From the NCBI RefSeq assembly GCF_000372725.1, contig NW_005201349.1, positions 202,323 through 248,789 of the forward strand: 46,467 nt of DNA, given 5' to 3'. Below are positions 42,434 through 46,467 of this stretch, piece after piece. The notes beneath the pieces are model-generated. The model did no database searches and was not told the origin of the DNA. It saw nothing but the letters and a program-made list of their open reading frames with translations. The position numbers and the translations under genes are program-made. Position 1 is the stretch's first letter; every line of letters begins with the position of its first letter. The stretch comes from Emiliania huxleyi CCMP1516. Its lineage: Eukaryota.

Positions 42434-43375
42434 TGAGCGGAGAGAAGGCATCTCGGCAGTAAGGCTTAAGACTCTAATTTCTCGGCTCTATGTAATTAAT
42501 GACATTTGAAATCATGAATGGCGGCGTCTGGAGAGGCCACCACGGCCGGGGGCGGTAAGTGGGTGATACGGGGTGTGGACCCTGAGTTGACCAGGGGTTG
42601 TGCGCTGGGCCCTCCTGCTCGGCTCCAGCCGGTAGACAAGTCTTATCATCAACAGAGTAGATGGATCTGACCTCGGGGCCGATGTGACCCAGCGCTGGTA
42701 GCGTGGTTTTACCTCCCCCCCCATGGTCTCACAGTGTGCCGGCAGTCGCCGAGCAGTGTCGCTCACACAAGCCGCAGCACAAGTGACTGAGGGCCAGTGA
42801 GGGCGAGCCCATCGCTGTCACAGCTGTGGCAGCCGCACAGTAGGCTATGTCAACTGTGCAGAGTGTGTGAGCAGCAGAGGAGCTGCTCTCCAGGCTTCTG
42901 TCGCAAAGAGCTGCATGCCACCGAAAGCGCTGTCGAGGTTCGCCGAGCGCGGCGCAGGTTGGAGGAAGCCGTCACCGACGAGCGCGTTGGACTTTTCACT
43001 CCGGACAAAGACGGGCACACAGCGGACGGTGCGGGGCGTGTGCCCGTCATAGCGGCGAGGCGCGGGACCGTCTGTGGCGACGTGGGTCGCGTCCTCCGAT
43101 TTCCTCAACTCAGGGTCCGCTCCCTCTAGGAGGGTGATAAACGACCATCACACCGGACCCCTCCATCCCCCCAAACACAGTCCAAACCGACGGCGACGCG
43201 CGGCGGAATCACGAATCTGGTTTTGAACAAAAGTTTTGTGGTGGTGGTGTGGGTGTTGTTGATTGGTGGTGGTGTGGTGACCAGTGTACGGCTTTATTTA
43301 CGCCGGCCGTCCCGTCACTCCGTCTCCTCAGAGCTGAGCCTGAGGTTAAAGCCTCATCCCACTCATGCACGCGTG

Positions 43376-44385
43376 TCACGGCCGTTCCTCGCTATGCGCT
43401 CGCCCACCCACGCTGCCGCCGCGCTGGAGGCGGCTGACCTGCACGTCCCTCCACGCGGCCGCCGACTCCACCGGGTGCGACAGCGCGACCATCCGCGAAG
43501 ACGTCTGTGCGAGGTGCTTCGTCACCTCGAGTGAGAGCGCGTGCTCGAGGCCACGCTGCGCGCCCAAGCCCAAGCGCGCATAGACCTCGTCACGCGGCCA
43601 CGAAATATAGCGGCTTGCCGGCTGCAGGCGCACCGTCGCCGAGGCAGGCTCGCCGTGCAGAAACGAGACCTCGCCAAAGAGGCCACCCGTCCTCTCGATC
43701 GTCACGCCGTCGCCCAGGTGGATCACGCCCGTCCCGTCGAGCAACAGCACCAGCACGTCGTTGGGCATGCCCTTTGTGATCACCTCGCGGTCTTCAATGT
43801 CACGCACCGCAGCCTCGCGGCCGAGCGCAAACAGTCGGCGGAAGTCGGCCGCACTCATTGAGCGCGAGAAGATCTGTCTGTACCCTGCTCCTCCTCCGCC
43901 GATAGCTTCACACACCGTTCGGAAAGCAGCCGGCAAGCGTAGAAGGCATTGAGCGCCAGATAGAGGGCATTCCAACGGAGTGGCAGCCACAGCGTCTTGC
44001 CAATCGGATGGTAATAGTTAAATATGCAGGCAAACGAGCACGATGCGGTCGCAAGCAATCGGAGCGACAGCTCCGAGGGCGAGGCAAACGAGAGGCCCGT
44101 GAGGATGAAAGCCGCGTGGCCAGGCCACTCTGGCCGAGCCGAAGGCCACCACGAGCTGAATCGTGATGAGGCGGGTGTGCTACTTGACACGCCCCGACGC
44201 AGCGTACTGTGGCCGTCAGGTCGTCGCCACCCGCACCTGTGCCCTGCACGCGTGCGGCAAGCTTGTGCTTGCAGCGAGCGGACCAGTAGCGATGGAGCGT
44301 TCCAGCGTAGCAGCGATGGAGCGTTCCAGCGTGGCAGCGGGCGCGCGCCGCGCTCCACGCCAAGCACAGTCGCCGCACGCATCAT
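43376..44385 (-). pseudogene. Popeye-type membrane protein with cNMP-binding-fold domain, one frameshift at ~43883
   Basis: TM region GHAAFILTGLSF..LRLLA..FNYYHP..LRWNALYLALNAF..LSAEEEQ continues in another frame as YRQIFSRSMSAADFRRLF..GLFGEVSFL..ASATV..YISWP. Confidence 0.75.
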
Positions 44386-44776
44386 CGGCTTGTTTACCCT
44401 CTTGCGACCCGATGCTTCACTCATGCTTCGGTGTGAATCACGCCCGCTGTGAAAACATTTGGCGGGGGATTTTTTCGCCAGTCAATAGAGCATGAAAATA
44501 CCTTTCAGACGGTACCTTTCTGTCCTCCAGAGTCGAAGAACTCGACCGGTGGCTGGCCGCCAAAGTGGCTGGACGGCGCCGCGGCGCACACTGGTGAGCC
44601 GCGGAGCACACCAAGGGAGCTGTCCTCGGCGCAGCCGATCAGCTCCCGCGGCCTGGGTGATGGCAGTGGCACTCTCTGAGGCTCCCTGATTTTTTCTGGT
44701 ATTTGTTGAGCACTCTCTGGTCACCATCGCCGGGCGAGCCTGGCTCTCGCTGCACAGCGGCGCGACCCGCGGTGAG

Positions 44777-44876
44777 GCTGCCGATCGTCGAACTGGGCTT
44801 AGCTCTCAGTCAAGATATTGTGCATATGGTCGGTCTCTACAATATCTTGACTGAGCACGACCGATGAATCGGCAGC
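44777..44876. other. Strong hairpin (17-bp perfect stem plus outer helix)
   Basis: CTCAGTCAAGATATTGT 44805-44821 pairs with ACAATATCTTGACTGAG 44839-44855. Outer helix GCTGCCGAT / ATCGGCAGC. Confidence 0.8.
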
Positions 44877-45006
44877 ACGGAGACAGGAAGGCTCGCTGTG
44901 TGAGTCGGCCACGCAGAGGGTCGGAACCTGGGTCGCAAGAGGTTACCTGGACTGCCTCCGTCCAAATGCGGCGGGCCGCAAAAGTGCTAAAAAATTTCTG
45001 AGGAGG

Positions 45007-45050
45007 GTGTGTGTGTGTGTGTGAGCGTGTGTGAGGTGTGTGTGTGAGAC

Positions 45051-45107
<57 letters not shown>
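45007..45107. repeat. (GT)n microsatellite
   Basis: Direct reading of the sequence. Confidence 0.95.
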
Positions 45108-45109
<2 letters not shown>

Positions 45110-45545
45110 CTCTGTTTTCTTTAAATTCTTTCTTTCTTTCTTTCTTTCTCTGTGTGTGGGAGGGCGCCTGGGTCTAAATTTAGTGCGTGTGAATGAACTT
45201 TAGTGATAGTTTAGTGCGCTATTTAGTGTGTGTTCGAGTGCGTATATAGAGAGTTCTCCTTCTCCCGGTCATCGCTCACCGCGGAACCGGAAAGGGTGTG
45301 GTGGAAGCGGGGCACCGGGGCGGCTGCGATCCCTTGCTCTCGCGGCTTCTCCCGCCTAGCTAGCATGCGGGGAGAGCGGCATTGTGCACGCTCGGAGCAG
45401 AGTGCATTAACGGAGTCGCTTAGGCGGCTCCGATGGAGTGCCGGTGTGTTTGCCAGTCGAGGCACGAGAATTCTTTATCACGGCGTTCAGGACTACGCTG
45501 TGTCGAGCACAGCTAAAAGGGCATACGAGGGAGCTCTCGATCGCC

Positions 45546-46467
45546 ATGCTTTCTGCCGACAAGGACAAGCTCGAGCGCGAGTACCGGAAGCGCATGCTCC
45601 AGATCCGGGAGCGCGAGCTCGTCTACTACATCTCGAACAGCAACAACATCGCGACGCTCTCGGCGCTGCTGCTCGGCTGCACCGTCTCCTTCCTGATCGA
45701 CCAGGCCAACGAGTCGTTCGACCTGAACTGTGTCGACCTCTCCAGCGGCGACGACATCCTCGACTGCAGCGAGCAGGTCCTGCTGGGCAACGGGGGGCAA
45801 GGAAACACGCACTACTTCTCCGAGCTGCTCCTCCCGTTCCTCATCCTGTTTTGCACCTTCCAGACCTCCCTCTCCTGCTGGGGCTCGATGCTCATCTCGA
45901 TGCTAGCGCCACGGCTAGTGCTGCACGGCCCTCCCTCACTCGCGCCGCGCAGCACCTTCCCCGAACGTTCTTGGAACCTTCCGCTGTAGGCTCGCGCTGC
46001 ACGGTCCTCCGTCCCACTTCTCGTACGTCGTGGACGCGGTGGAGGAGGAGTTCGAGCACCTGCGGTCCATCCTCGCGACTTCTCTCGCGACTTTCATGGT
46101 GATCCCTCTCTTCTGGGCCTTTGCAAACCTGCACGAGGGCCTCGCCTTCCTCCTCCCCGCCCGAGTTCAAATTGAGAGGCGATCCATTATTAACAGGCAT
46201 GAGGGCGTCGCCTCACTCCTCTCTGTCCTCTTCATCGTCCTCCTCCTCCTCCTCCGCGTCGTGTTCGTCCGCCTCGAGCGATCCTTCGTCCTGCCAGACG
46301 CCAAGAAGATCACCGGCCGCTGGTGCGTCGATGTAGCCAGCCCTTGCGCTATGAGTCTCGTCGCCGTTTCGAACACAAGCTCGCCGATCTCCGCGAGATT
46401 ATCCGAGACTTGCGCTGAGGAGCGCCACGCTGCGTTCTTGATCTCACCACCGGCCACCAGGTTCGCG
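45546..46467 (+). CDS. Four-TM membrane protein, Orai-like TM1, paralog-like to the gene at 39254; 3' end probably outside window
   Basis: MLSADKDKLE..IRERELVYYISNSNNIATLSALLLGCTVSFLID. Introns 45914-45989 and probably 46131-46196. Four hydrophobic segments. Confidence 0.75.

Noticed and set aside
44860..44870. Hammerhead ribozyme core near the hairpin
   Set aside because: The sequence is CCGATGA, not CTGATGA, and there is no correctly placed GAAA.

Overview
Very GC-rich, intron-containing eukaryotic DNA. GC-AG introns, intronic 10-11 bp tandem repeats and (GT)n tracts suggest a haptophyte such as Emiliania/Gephyrocapsa huxleyi (inference). About 17 protein-coding loci can be supported: an MBOAT/wax-synthase-like acyltransferase, a two-finger CCCH protein, CEP104, a PI 4-kinase, a PH protein, a U-box protein, a FYVE+FABP-like protein, a 5'-truncated sulfatase, a plastid-type two-repeat protein, a Myb-like+RBR E3 ligase, J-domain exons, a lipoyl-domain exon, a tail-anchored acidic protein, an EF-hand repeat protein, two Orai-like 4-TM proteins, a Cys/Pro-rich protein and a frameshifted Popeye/cNMP protein. 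There is also a LINE remnant, a TSD-flanked retroposon with a (CTAC)n tail, three inverted duplications and one N gap. The most striking signal is that in five unrelated genes the first 9-25 nt of an intron are a near-copy of the first bases of the next exon ('exon-echo' introns). Also notable are the Orai-like and EF-hand genes in the last 11 kb, a 32-bp TGACGTC promoter array and two structured-RNA candidates. All gene models were read by eye and none is checked against transcripts.
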